Source of the DNA: Candidatus Sericytochromatia bacterium
GTDB lineage: Bacteria > Cyanobacteriota > Sericytochromatia > S15B-MN24 > UBA4093
Direction: 5' to 3'
Assembly (NCBI GenBank): GCA_036676985.1
Contig: JAKFBU010000056.1
Coordinates: forward strand, 32,001-96,000
DNA: 64,000 nucleotides
Shown here: positions 49,295 through 58,921 of the stretch, in pieces
How the letters are laid out: the number at the start of each line of letters is the position of its first letter
Position numbering within the stretch: the first letter of the stretch is position 1
Notes under the pieces: generated by a model
Told to the model about the DNA's origin: nothing
What the model saw: only the letters and a program-made list of their open reading frames with translations
The model's database searches: none
Translations under genes and position numbers: made by a program

Positions 49295-50035
49295 ATGGAC
49301 CTGCCCCGCTTCTTTTTGCCCCCCGACCAGATCCGCGCGCCCGAAGTCCTGCTCAAGGAGGAGGACGCCAACCACGTCGCGCGCGTCCTGCGCATGCGCG
49401 AGGGGGACGCCATCTTCGTGCTCGACGGGCTAGGAACTCTGTTCACCGTGCGCCTGACGGCCGTGGACAAGCGCGAGACCCGGGGCGAGATCGTCTCCCA
49501 GGAGGCCGCCACGGGCGAGTTGCCCGTCCCTGTGACCCTGGTGCAGGGCATGCCCAAGGGCGAGAAGTTCGACTGGATTCTTCAGAAGGCCACGGAGCTC
49601 GGCGTCGCGCGCATCGTCCCGGTCATCACCGAGCGCTCGGTGGTGAGGCTCTCGGCGGATCGGAGCCAGGACAAGGTGCGACGGTGGCAGGCGATCGCCA
49701 AGGAAGCCGCCGAGCAGTGCGAGCGGGCCAAGGTGCCCGTGGTGGAGGCTCCGGTGGAACTCGGCGCCTGGCTCAAGGCGCCGGTGCCGGACGGCGTCGC
49801 GCGCCTCGCGTGCCTGGAGCGTCAAGGCGGCGTCCCGCTGGCGCGGGCGCTCGAGGGCGAGCCCGCGCAGGGTTACGAGATCGTGGTGGGCCCGGAAGGG
49901 GGCTTCAGTCCGGCCGAGGTCGAGCGGCTGGTCGCGTCGGGGGCGCGCAACGTCTCGCTGGGCGGTCGCATCCTCCGCTCGGAGACGGCCAGCCTCGCAG
50001 CGCTCGCCGTGATGGCGAGTATTTTGGAACGCTGA
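49295..50035 (+). CDS. rsmE: 16S rRNA m3U1498 methyltransferase
   Basis: HVARVLR, QKATELGV, EAAEQC.R, VGPEGGF, LGGRILRSETA. Confidence 0.95.
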   Translation: MDLPRFFLPPDQIRAPEVLLKEEDANHVARVLRMREGDAIFVLDGLGTLFTVRLTAVDKRETRGEIVSQEAATGELPVPVTLVQGMPKGEKFDWILQKATELGVARIVPVITERSVVRLSADRSQDKVRRWQAIAKEAAEQCERAKVPVVEAPVELGAWLKAPVPDGVARLACLERQGGVPLARALEGEPAQGYEIVVGPEGGFSPAEVERLVASGARNVSLGGRILRSETASLAALAVMASILER

Positions 50036-50046
50036 AGAGCGAAAGT

Positions 50047-50072
50047 TGGGACAGGCGCAGAGGCCTGTCCCA
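50047..50072. terminator. Hairpin between convergent genes
   Basis: tgggacaggc-gcagag-gcctgtccca. Confidence 0.6.
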
Positions 50073-50108
50073 CTGGAGAGAGCCGCCGCAAACTTTGAAT
50101 CTCAGTGA

Positions 50109-51530
50109 TTAGCGCTTAGGCCCCGGCCTGGTACCCGGCTTGGCGCCCGGCTTCGCCGGCGGCTTGGCCGCGGGTTTCGCGGGCGGGGCCTCGGGCGCCT
50201 CGGCCGCCGTCTGGGCCGTGCGCTCCTGCGCGCGCTTGGCGATGAGGTCTGCGACCGTCTCACCACCACCGCTGTACGTGGGCTCCGGCTTCTTCGTCTT
50301 CGTCATCCAGGACGAGAACACGCCCGCCGCCGAGTTCAACAGGCCATCGAGTGAAAAGCCGCTCTTCGGCTTCTCCTCCTCATAGACAGGCCGCGGCGTC
50401 GGGGCGCGGAGGGGCTGGGTCGGGGCCGGCTGGCGTGAGGCCAGGCTCAACGTCCCCGCGGCATGCGTCGTCAGAGGAGCGGTGGGCATGGAGCTGTTGG
50501 AGCGCTGCGGGATGGCACTCCGGTCGATCTGCTGCGGCGGCACGAAGTCGCGCGGCAGTTCGGCCGCCGACACCGTGGGCTTGGCGGTGGCGGCAGGCTT
50601 GACCCCCTTGGCCCCCTTCTTCTTCGCGGCTGGAGGCTCGGGCGGCGGAGCGGCGGCTCCCAGCTTCGCGAGCGAATCCGTCGCCATCTGCTGGTACTTG
50701 GGGAAGCGCACGGCCTCGGTCCAGAAGCGCCTCGCCCGGTCGACGTCTCCGATGCGCTCGGCGAGGCGCGCGCCCGCCACGTAGGACATCTCGTGGTCCG
50801 GGTCCAGCGTGATGACGGCCTCGAACGCCTTGAGCGCCTGCTCGAAGTCCTTGAGGTTCGCGAACGCCCGGCCCAGCCCCTCGTAGATCTCGAGGGTCGG
50901 CTCGCTCAATTGCAGCACGCGGCAGTACTCGTAGGCCGCCTGCCGGAAGTCGTTGAGGCGCAGGGCGCAGTGACCCAGCAGCAGGTGGACGGGCGCGAAG
51001 TCCTCCTTCTGCTGGACGATCATGAACGCCTGCGAGGTGGCCCGCTGCAAATCGCCCAGGTCGTAGGCGGCCTGGGCGAGCTGGAAGCGGGCGGCGATCG
51101 CCTTGGGATCGTTGCGCAACGCCAGGTTGAAGGCGAGGATGGCGCCGTCCAGGTTGCCCGCGTTCCGCCGCATGGTCCCGAGCAGGATGTAGGCGTCGGT
51201 GATCTTGGTGTCTTGCGCGACCGCGGCCTCCAGGCGCTCCTCGGCCGTGACGAAGTCGCCCGCGTAGTAGTGGCACTCGCCCAGGAAGTACTCCGTCAGG
51301 GGCGAGGGCGACATCTTGTTGGAGAGTGAGAGGGCCTCCTGGGCCATCTCGTAGTTGGCCTTACGGGTGTGGCAGCGACCGATGACGGCAAGGGCCTGAG
51401 CGAAGACCGCCGGATCGTCGTTGGCGACCTGGCTCAGGACCTCGATGGCCTGATCGTACTGTTGGGCCTTGTAATGCTCCTGGCCAGCCCTGACGAGCTC
51501 GCGGCTATTGGGCAACGGGGCGGTGGCCAT
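50109..51530 (-). CDS. TPR-repeat protein with Pro/Lys-rich disordered tail
   Basis: About 8 TPR motifs, then a low-complexity C-terminus. Confidence 0.85.
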   Translation of the reverse strand: MATAPLPNSRELVRAGQEHYKAQQYDQAIEVLSQVANDDPAVFAQALAVIGRCHTRKANYEMAQEALSLSNKMSPSPLTEYFLGECHYYAGDFVTAEERLEAAVAQDTKITDAYILLGTMRRNAGNLDGAILAFNLALRNDPKAIAARFQLAQAAYDLGDLQRATSQAFMIVQQKEDFAPVHLLLGHCALRLNDFRQAAYEYCRVLQLSEPTLEIYEGLGRAFANLKDFEQALKAFEAVITLDPDHEMSYVAGARLAERIGDVDRARRFWTEAVRFPKYQQMATDSLAKLGAAAPPPEPPAAKKKGAKGVKPAATAKPTVSAAELPRDFVPPQQIDRSAIPQRSNSSMPTAPLTTHAAGTLSLASRQPAPTQPLRAPTPRPVYEEEKPKSGFSLDGLLNSAAGVFSSWMTKTKKPEPTYSGGGETVADLIAKRAQERTAQTAAEAPEAPPAKPAAKPPAKPGAKPGTRPGPKR

Positions 51531-51537
51531 CCGTCAC

Positions 51538-53034
51538 CTACGACTTCGGCTTCGGACGGTTCGGCAGCTGGCCGGTACCGCCGGCTCCGCCCGTCGGAGG
51601 ACGCTTGAGCGCTCCGGTGGCCGGAGGTGCTGGCTTGGCGGGCGCCGGGGGCTCCGCGGCGTCGCGCTTGACCTTGGAGATGAGCCCGCTCTTGAGCTTG
51701 TCGACCATGCCCGCGGCCGAGTCCCCCTTGAAGCGGTTGACGTTGTCCGTTAGGTTGCCCGTCACCTTGTTCATGTTGTCCGAGAGGTTGCCGGTGACGC
51801 GGTTGACCTTGTTGAGCATGGTGTTGGCGAGCTGGCCCATGGCCTTCTTGTCGAAGCTGCCCTTGAGGGGCGTCTTGTCGAGAAACTTCTCGAGGCCGTC
51901 GAGGACGTTGTCGAGGGGCGTGGTGGGGCTCGCGACCGGGCGCGGCGGAGTGGGCGCCTGCGGGCGCACCGGAGCCGTCGGCTTCTCGCCGATGAGGCGG
52001 CCGGTGGTGCGGGTCGGCGCCGTGGTCGGCAACCCCGCACGGTCGATGGACTTGGGAGGCTGGAAGCGCACGGCCGGGCCCTTGGGCTTTGCCGCGGCAG
52101 CAGGCGCTTCTGCCTTGCCCTTGGCGCCCTTCTTGGGCTTCTTGGCCGCAGCAGGCGGAGGCGGGGCGTCCGCCGGCAGGCCGAGGCGGGTCAGGGCCTC
52201 GACGGCCATGTCCTTCGAGCCCTCGAAGCGCAAGAGCTTGCGGAAGAAGTCGCCGGCCTTCTGGGTGTCGCCCATGCGCTCGGCCAGGCGAGCGGCGGCC
52301 GAGCAAGCCATCTCGTTGTCCGGCTCCAGCTCGAAGGCGGCCTCGAAGGCCGACACGGCCTGCGGGTAGTCCTGCAGGTGAGCGAAGGCGCGGCCCAGGG
52401 ACATGTAGACCGTGGCGTCGGGGCCCGAGAGCTCGAGCACCCGGCAGAATTCGACGGCGGCCTGGCGATAGTCGCCGAGCTTCAGCGTGATGTTCGCCAT
52501 CAAGAGGTGGGCAGGCACGAAGTCGTCCGCATGCTGCAGCACGTGGTGGGCCTGGGTGGCCGCCCGCTGCATGTCGCCCAGCTCGTAGGTGACCTGCGCG
52601 ATCTGGAACCGGGCCACGACCGCCTTGGGGTCGTTCTTGACCGCCCGATCGAAGCAGGGGAGGGCATCCTTGGGGCGACCCTGCTCCTTGCGGACCACGC
52701 CCAGCATGATCCAGGCGTCCGTGAGGGTCTCGTCAGCGGAGGTGGCGGCCTCCAGGCACTGCTCGGCACCGGGGCGATCGCCCGACTGGTACAGGCACTC
52801 GCCCAGGTGGAACAGCGTCCGCGCGTGCTTGCGGACGTTGTAGGACTCCTCGAGGCAGATGCGGGCCTGGTCGAACTGCTTCTTGCGGAGATAGCAGCGG
52901 CCCATCAGGAGGAGGGCCTGGCCGTAGATCTGGGGATCGTCGGCGCTGACCGTGCCCAAGACGGCGATCGCCCTGTCGACGTCGCCGGCGTTGAATGCGG
53001 CGTTACCCGCTCCTAGGAGTTCCTGGTTGGTCAT
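51538..53034 (-). CDS. TPR-repeat protein, tandem paralogue of 50109-51530
   Basis: Shared NDPKA..ARFQ.AQ..Y.LGD.QRA..QA and F.PP..IDR motifs. Confidence 0.85.
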   Translation of the reverse strand: MTNQELLGAGNAAFNAGDVDRAIAVLGTVSADDPQIYGQALLLMGRCYLRKKQFDQARICLEESYNVRKHARTLFHLGECLYQSGDRPGAEQCLEAATSADETLTDAWIMLGVVRKEQGRPKDALPCFDRAVKNDPKAVVARFQIAQVTYELGDMQRAATQAHHVLQHADDFVPAHLLMANITLKLGDYRQAAVEFCRVLELSGPDATVYMSLGRAFAHLQDYPQAVSAFEAAFELEPDNEMACSAAARLAERMGDTQKAGDFFRKLLRFEGSKDMAVEALTRLGLPADAPPPPAAAKKPKKGAKGKAEAPAAAAKPKGPAVRFQPPKSIDRAGLPTTAPTRTTGRLIGEKPTAPVRPQAPTPPRPVASPTTPLDNVLDGLEKFLDKTPLKGSFDKKAMGQLANTMLNKVNRVTGNLSDNMNKVTGNLTDNVNRFKGDSAAGMVDKLKSGLISKVKRDAAEPPAPAKPAPPATGALKRPPTGGAGGTGQLPNRPKPKS

Positions 53035-53174
53035 CCTCTACCCGTGAAGCTCGAAGGTCAGGACGGAAGAAGCCAGGTTCCGCCCCACGGCCGCCCGGCC
53101 GCACGTGAAAGTTATACCCCGCCCGACGGACGACCAATCGAGCAGAAAGCGGATGCGGTCCGAGGCCGCTCGGG

Positions 53175-54107
53175 TTACGGGTCCGGTCGCGCGGAGGGCT
53201 CGGTCTCGCCCGCCTCGGCGAGCTGGGCGAGCTTGCGCAGCCGATGGTTCACGGCGCTCTTGGAGATGGGCTCGCTGTGATACTCGGCCAGCTGCGCCAG
53301 GCTCGCGAACGGATGCTCCAGGCGCAGGACGGCCGTCTCTCGGAGCTCGTCGCTGAGGGTCCTCAGCACGCCGCGGGCCTGCAGGGACTCGATCTGGGCG
53401 ATCTGGGACTGGGCCGTCGACACCGTGCGATCGAGGTTCGCCGTCTCGCAGTTGACGGCGCGCTGAACGTTATTCTTGAGGTCGCGGCTGATGAGCAGCT
53501 CCTCGAGGGCCAAGAGGGCGGGTACGGCGCCCACCAGCGTGAGGAAGGTGGCGATGTCCTCGCTCTTCTTGACGTAGGCCGTCCAGTGCTGATGGCCCTG
53601 CCGCTGGTAGTGGCCCGCGCGGATGCCCTCGGCCTGCAAGAGGGAGACGATCCACGAGCTCACCTCGCCGGGGGCCGTAAACTCCATGTGGTAGGCGCGC
53701 TCGGGGTCCACCAGCGACCCGCAGCCGAGGAACGCCCCGCGCAGGAAGGCCCGCCTGCAGCAGGAGCGCTTCTGGATGGAGCGGTGGAGCTCCGAAAGGC
53801 TCATGGCACCGTCCAGCCCCTCCTCGGGCAGGGGCACCACCAGCCGAAAGTGGTTGAGCCGTCCGGTGCCGGCGCCGTTCTGGAGCTGGGGCGTAACGCC
53901 GAAGAGCTCCTTGACCAGCTTGAAGAGCAGGCGCGCCACGGCATAGTTTTCAACGGTCAGGACCAGGTCACGCTCGTCAGGGCGCTGCGTGACGGCCGCG
54001 CACACCGAGAGGAGGGCCAAGAGGAGGGCCTTTTGGCAGCAGGGCTTCCCGTGCTCCAGGTGCGCGAGCTGGGTCCGGACGTCCTGGGAGAAGGTCGGCG
54101 CGGTCAC
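53175..54107 (-). CDS. whiA: DNA-binding protein WhiA
   Basis: AFLRGAFL..GS..DP...YH.EF, NCETANLDRTV, SKSAVNHRLRKL; GTG start overlapping the yvcK stop. Confidence 0.92.
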   Translation of the reverse strand: MTAPTFSQDVRTQLAHLEHGKPCCQKALLLALLSVCAAVTQRPDERDLVLTVENYAVARLLFKLVKELFGVTPQLQNGAGTGRLNHFRLVVPLPEEGLDGAMSLSELHRSIQKRSCCRRAFLRGAFLGCGSLVDPERAYHMEFTAPGEVSSWIVSLLQAEGIRAGHYQRQGHQHWTAYVKKSEDIATFLTLVGAVPALLALEELLISRDLKNNVQRAVNCETANLDRTVSTAQSQIAQIESLQARGVLRTLSDELRETAVLRLEHPFASLAQLAEYHSEPISKSAVNHRLRKLAQLAEAGETEPSARPDP

Positions 54108-55420
54108 AGCCACCCCTTGGTCTTGGCCGAGAGCTCCGCCTCGACCGGAAACGGCAGGATCTTCGCCCCCGACTCCCGGCGCACGCGCAGGAGCCAGTCG
54201 ACGATGGCCCGAGAGAGCGCCTCGGGGTCGTGCCGGACCATGTCGCCCTCGTCCAGGAGCGGCGCCATCAGGACCTTGACGCCCAGCCCCACGCAAGTCT
54301 CGGGGTCGTAATCCACCGGATACTGACCCTTGACCTCGTACTTCTCGAGGAGGCGCTGGGGCAGGTCCTCGTTGACCAGGACGAACTGGACGATGTCCGG
54401 GCCCGCGAGCTGCTGCAGCGCCTTGACGTGATCCGAGACCTTGAAGTCGTCCGTCTCGCCCGGCTGGGTCATGACGTTGCAGATGTAGAGACGGGGCGCG
54501 CGGCTGGACAACAGGGCGTCCGTCAGCTCGGGGATGAGCAAGTTGGGCGCAATCGAGGTGTAGAGGCTGCCCGGGCCGATGATGATGGCGTCCGCCTCCT
54601 GAATGGCGCGGACGGCCTCGGGCAGGGCGGCCGGTTCCTCGGGCTCGCAGCGCACGGCCGCGATCCGGCCCTTGCTCTCGGTGATCTGGGACTCGCCGCG
54701 CACGATGGTGCCGTCCTCGAGCAGGGCCACGAGCTCCAGGGGCACGAGGGTCGCCGGCAGGACCTGGCCGCGAACCGCCAGAACGCGGCTCGAGGCGCGG
54801 ATCGCCTGCTCGAGATCGCCCGTGATGTCGGCCATGGCCGTCAAGAAGAGGTTGCCGAAGGAGTGACCGAGCAAGGTCGTGCCCGCCTTGAAGCGGTAGT
54901 CGAAGAGCTTGGTCATGAGCTCTTCTTCGCCGGACAGGGCCGTCAGGCAGTGGCGGATGTCGCCCGGGGGCAGCACGCCCAGCTCCTCGCGAAGGCGTCC
55001 GCTGGAGCCGCCGTTGTCCGCCATGGCGACGATGGCCGTGATGTTGTCCGAGTACTCCTTGAGGCCGCGCAGGAGCGTCGCGAGGCCGGTGCCCCCGCCG
55101 ATGGCCACGAGCTTGGGGCCGCGCTTGCTACGCTGGCGGTAAAAGGCATCCAGCAGGCGGGGCGGGGCGGGGTGCAGGACGCGCACCACCTCGCGCAGCA
55201 GGCGCCGGGCGCCGAGGGCCGTGAGGACCATGCCCATCAGGACGCAAAAGATGCCGATGGTGGGCAGCTCCCAGGTCGTCGAGCGGCCGCGGATCTCGCG
55301 CACGAAGTAGTAGGTGAGCGCGATGACCCCGCCGTTGACGGTGAGCAGGCCCATGACCGACAGGAAGAGCCAGCGCTTGATCCCCATTCCCGGTGTCAGC
55401 CACCGGAAGAGCGTATGCAT
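54104..55420 (-). CDS. yvcK: YvcK/GlmR (UPF0052) gluconeogenesis factor with N-terminal TM helices
   Basis: W..PG..IKRW TM extension; IGGGTGL, AD.GGSSGRLR, PPGDIR, GPGSLYTS. Confidence 0.9.
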   Translation of the reverse strand: MHTLFRWLTPGMGIKRWLFLSVMGLLTVNGGVIALTYYFVREIRGRSTTWELPTIGIFCVLMGMVLTALGARRLLREVVRVLHPAPPRLLDAFYRQRSKRGPKLVAIGGGTGLATLLRGLKEYSDNITAIVAMADNGGSSGRLREELGVLPPGDIRHCLTALSGEEELMTKLFDYRFKAGTTLLGHSFGNLFLTAMADITGDLEQAIRASSRVLAVRGQVLPATLVPLELVALLEDGTIVRGESQITESKGRIAAVRCEPEEPAALPEAVRAIQEADAIIIGPGSLYTSIAPNLLIPELTDALLSSRAPRLYICNVMTQPGETDDFKVSDHVKALQQLAGPDIVQFVLVNEDLPQRLLEKYEVKGQYPVDYDPETCVGLGVKVLMAPLLDEGDMVRHDPEALSRAIVDWLLRVRRESGAKILPFPVEAELSAKTKGWL

Positions 55421-55427
55421 CCTCACG

Positions 55428-56327
55428 CTAGACCCGGCTCGGCTCCGCACCGTAGTACTCGGCCTGGCGGTCGATGTCGCGGTGCTCCTCGAGCACCGAG
55501 TACCCGTGGTTCTTGAGGTAGCCCGCCAGGTAGCGCGTGATGGCCACCGAGCGGTGGCGGCCGCCGGTGCAGCCGATGCCGATCGCCAGATGCGTCTTGC
55601 CCTCCTTGCGGTAGTGGGGCAAGAGGAACGACGCCAGGTCCAAGAACCGCTCCAGGAACTCGAGGGTGACGGGGTGGGTCAAGACGAAGTCCTGGACCTG
55701 CTCGTGGAGGCCCGTGAAGGGGCGCAGCTCGGGGTCGTAGTGGGGGTTGGGCAGGAAGCGCACGTCGAAGACGAGGTCCGCATCCATGGGCGGGCCGAAC
55801 TTGAAGCCGAAGCTCTTGACGGTGATCTGCATGGAGGCTTCGACCTGGTCGGTCTGGATGAAGCTCGCGATGAGCTTCTCCTTGAGCTGCTTGGAGGTGA
55901 GGTCGGAGGTGTCGATGATGACGTCGGCGGCCGCCCGGATCTCGGCGAGCCGCTCGCGCTCCTGCTTGATCGACTCCATCAGGGTGGACTCGCCCCACAG
56001 CGGGTGGCGCCGGCGCGTCTCGCTGAAGCGCGTGAGCAGCACGTTGTCGGAGGCCTCGAGGAAGACGACCTTGGTGGGGTAGCCCATGGGCTTGAGCTGC
56101 TCCATGACGCCCGTGAGGTCATCCAGGAAGCTGCCGCCGCGAGAGTCCATGACCACCGCGATCTGGCGCATGCGCGGGTAGGTCAGCTCGATGAACTGCG
56201 GCAACAGGGGCGGGATCAGGTTGTCGACGCACAGGAAGCCCATGTCCTCGAAGCAGCGGATCGCGAGGCTCTTGCCGGCGCCGGAGAGCCCGGTGATGAC
56301 GAAGATGGCGTTTTGTCGGGCGCTCAA
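55428..56327 (-). CDS. rapZ: RNase adapter RapZ (YvcJ)
   Basis: ITGLSGAGKS, SETRRRHPL, SFGFK, DVRFLPNP, IGCTGGRHRSV. Confidence 0.95.
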   Translation of the reverse strand: MSARQNAIFVITGLSGAGKSLAIRCFEDMGFLCVDNLIPPLLPQFIELTYPRMRQIAVVMDSRGGSFLDDLTGVMEQLKPMGYPTKVVFLEASDNVLLTRFSETRRRHPLWGESTLMESIKQERERLAEIRAAADVIIDTSDLTSKQLKEKLIASFIQTDQVEASMQITVKSFGFKFGPPMDADLVFDVRFLPNPHYDPELRPFTGLHEQVQDFVLTHPVTLEFLERFLDLASFLLPHYRKEGKTHLAIGIGCTGGRHRSVAITRYLAGYLKNHGYSVLEEHRDIDRQAEYYGAEPSRV

Positions 56328-56485
56328 GGGCGACCTCCCTGTAGTCGGGCAATGCTGCCATGGGGACGAAGCGGCTCATTATACCATACCCCGTTCCGCG
56401 CCGGAGGCCGCGTTGGGCCTGCCTGGAGGACCGCCGGAGGGGCTGAATTTTTGTTAGACTGAGGGGTCCCCTTTTGGAGGAAGCC

Positions 56486-57280
56486 ATGCGGCCCAAGCTC
56501 ATCGCCACCGATCTCGACGGAACCCTGTTCGGACGCGACCTGACGGTCTCCGAGCGCAACAAGCGCGCCGTGCGGCTCGCCCATGACGCCGGCATCCCCG
56601 TGGTCATGGCCACGGGCCGCATGTTCAAGGCGACCGTGCCCTATGCCCGGGAGTGCGGCATCACCACGCCGCTCATCAACTACCAGGGCGCCCTCATCCG
56701 GGACCATCAGACCCAGGAGGACCTCTGGCACCGCACCATCCCGCTCGATCTCGCCCATGAGGCGCTCGAGGCGCTGTTCGAGACGGGGCTGCACGTGAAC
56801 CTCTACGTGAACGACGAGCTGCTCATCGACCGGCACACGCCCGAGGCGGAGCTGTACTGCAGCGTCGCGCGCGTCGAGCCGCGGCTCATCCCGTCCCTGG
56901 CCGAGGGGCTCACCATGGAGCCCACCAAGATCGTGGCCATCGGCACCGTCGAGCAGGTGCGGCACTGGGTGCCCGCGCTGCAGGAGCGCTTCGACACCCG
57001 GCTCTACGTGACGGAGTCCATCCCCATCTTCCTCGAGATCGCCAACCCGACCATCCGCAAGAGCGTGGCCCTGGCGCACGTGGCAGAACGCCTGGGCGTG
57101 CGGCCGGAGGAGATCGTGGCCATCGGCGACGGCATGAACGACCTGGACATGCTGCAGTTCGCGGGGCTGGGCGTGGCCATGGGCAACGCGCCGGCTCCGG
57201 TCAAGGAGGCGGCCGATCGCGTGACCAAGCCCGTCACCGAGGACGGGTTCGCGGCGGTGCTCGAAGAGCTGCTCAACTAG
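56486..57280 (+). CDS. Cof-type HAD IIB phosphatase
   Basis: ATDLDGTL, ATGR, AIGDGMNDLDML, VAMGNA. Confidence 0.93.
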   Translation: MRPKLIATDLDGTLFGRDLTVSERNKRAVRLAHDAGIPVVMATGRMFKATVPYARECGITTPLINYQGALIRDHQTQEDLWHRTIPLDLAHEALEALFETGLHVNLYVNDELLIDRHTPEAELYCSVARVEPRLIPSLAEGLTMEPTKIVAIGTVEQVRHWVPALQERFDTRLYVTESIPIFLEIANPTIRKSVALAHVAERLGVRPEEIVAIGDGMNDLDMLQFAGLGVAMGNAPAPVKEAADRVTKPVTEDGFAAVLEELLN

Positions 57281-57373
57281 GCGCAAATGGCGCTTGGCGG
57301 GCCGACGCGCTCCGGAATCCGGACGTCAGCCCGCCAATGGCGAGGGCGATGGGCCCGCTAGGGGCCGATCCGC

Positions 57374-57727
57374 CTAGTACCGCTTCGACTTCCGCTGCTG
57401 CGTGATGCGGACGTCGACGGTCTGCTGCTCTTGGTTGCTGTCGATGTTGATGCCGTTCTGCTGGTTCAAGCTGAAGATGGTGGTGGCGCTGTTGGACTGG
57501 GAGATCGCGCTGTTGGCGTTCCCGGAATTGTTCTGCGTGGCCGCATTGCTCTGCGTGGTCGTGGTGGTCACGGTGACGTTGCCAACCGCGTTGGTCTGCG
57601 CGGCGTTGACGTTGGTCCGGCTGCCGCCCGACCGTCCCTGGATGTCCGCCTGCTGCGTGGGCAGCGACGCGCAACCCGTCATAAAGGACGCGATCGCAAG
57701 CGCACTCAGAAGCTTCGTGGAAATCAT
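57374..57727 (-). CDS. Small Gln/Asn/Thr/Ser-rich lipoprotein
   Basis: Signal ending MTGC; purine-rich RBS; repeated QxN motifs. Confidence 0.75.
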   Translation of the reverse strand: MISTKLLSALAIASFMTGCASLPTQQADIQGRSGGSRTNVNAAQTNAVGNVTVTTTTTQSNAATQNNSGNANSAISQSNSATTIFSLNQQNGINIDSNQEQQTVDVRITQQRKSKRY

Positions 57728-58103
57728 GGCACCTTCCTCTTTCTCTCTCTCTGGTTCCGGCAGCCAACGACTGGCCGCTCAAGAATGGGTTAACCATAGG
57801 CGATCACCCCCGGACGATCGAACATCCAAACATCAAAACACGCTTGGTCGGTTGAGACGGCTGCGCCCAGCCCCCCGGCAACAACGGGTTCAAACGGCCT
57901 AGCTGCACGGGGGGAGGCCGGACCGTGCCCGGTCCGACCGTGCAAGCAAGCAAGCTGGGGGGGCCTCCTTCCGGAAGCCCGATCAAAATCTTGGTCCGTT
58001 CGATCATTCCGACATCATCGAGCGCCTCCTATCCTTGAAGCACGGTTGGGCGGTTGAGCATGAGGCCAACCCTCAATCTTCAGAGAGGGAGGACCAACAA
58101 ACC

Positions 58104-58868
58104 ATGAATCGCGCGATACTCTGGAGCACCCTGGCGCTGTCGGTGGCGACCGGCAGCGGCTGCGGCGCCGCCCCACCTTCGGTCACCACCGGCAGCCAGG
58201 CCGCCTTCATGTCCGGCGGCAGATCGGCCCCCAAGGCTGAAGTCCGACCTGCGGCCCTGGCCCCGGCCCCCAGCAACCGGGGCCTGAACTTCATCCAGGA
58301 CAACTACCTGGGGGACACGCAGGCCTTTACCGGCTCGAGCGTCTCGGTCCAGCAGACCAACCAGGTCACCACCCTGCTGCTCGACGACCCCAAGGACATC
58401 CTCAAGTACTACGCAGAGCTCCCGGTCCAGGTGCTATGGGACATCACCACCCGCGACTTCTACGTGACCCAGGCGAACCTGGTGGACGGCGTCGTGAGCT
58501 ACTCCGAAGCGGGGCTGGTCCAGCTCAACAAGGTGCTCATCATCGTCGACCCCAACGCCACTTACTACAACGGCACGATCGTGCAGCTGAACGCCGCCGA
58601 CTCGGCCACCGCCCATGAGGGCAGCCAGCTGGCGATCGATCAGCTCAACGACATCACCGTCATCCAGCGGGACGAGGACGCCCCGGACTCCGACGACTTC
58701 GTCGCCGCCCTGCGCGGCTCCGAGAACGTCCCCTTGTCGAGCGCCGCCGTGCTGGCGCAGAAGAACCACCTGCTCATCTACATCGACGTCGCGGGCCGCC
58801 CGCACTTCTACCAGTGGAAGCCCCCCACCGGAAAGAACGGCCTCTCCGGCTATCGCCGCAGGGGGTGA
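58104..58868 (+). CDS. Putative lipoprotein with QxN beta-repeats
   Basis: GGAGG RBS; signal ending GSGC; seven QxN motifs embedded in hydrophobic strands. Confidence 0.7.
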   Translation: MNRAILWSTLALSVATGSGCGAAPPSVTTGSQAAFMSGGRSAPKAEVRPAALAPAPSNRGLNFIQDNYLGDTQAFTGSSVSVQQTNQVTTLLLDDPKDILKYYAELPVQVLWDITTRDFYVTQANLVDGVVSYSEAGLVQLNKVLIIVDPNATYYNGTIVQLNAADSATAHEGSQLAIDQLNDITVIQRDEDAPDSDDFVAALRGSENVPLSSAAVLAQKNHLLIYIDVAGRPHFYQWKPPTGKNGLSGYRRRG

Positions 58869-58873
58869 TCAAC

Positions 58874-58905
58874 AAGCGCCCGGGGCCGATGGCCACCGGG
58901 CGCTT
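58874..58905. terminator. Hairpin between convergent genes
   Basis: aagcgcccgg-ggccgatggcca-ccgggcgctt. Confidence 0.6.
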
Positions 58906-58921
58906 CACGTTTGAAGGCGAG

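Noticed and set aside
57905-57970. Nested hairpins and (GCAA)3 between the QxN genes
   Set aside because: Stems are short and plausible by chance at this GC content; unsupported without covariation data.
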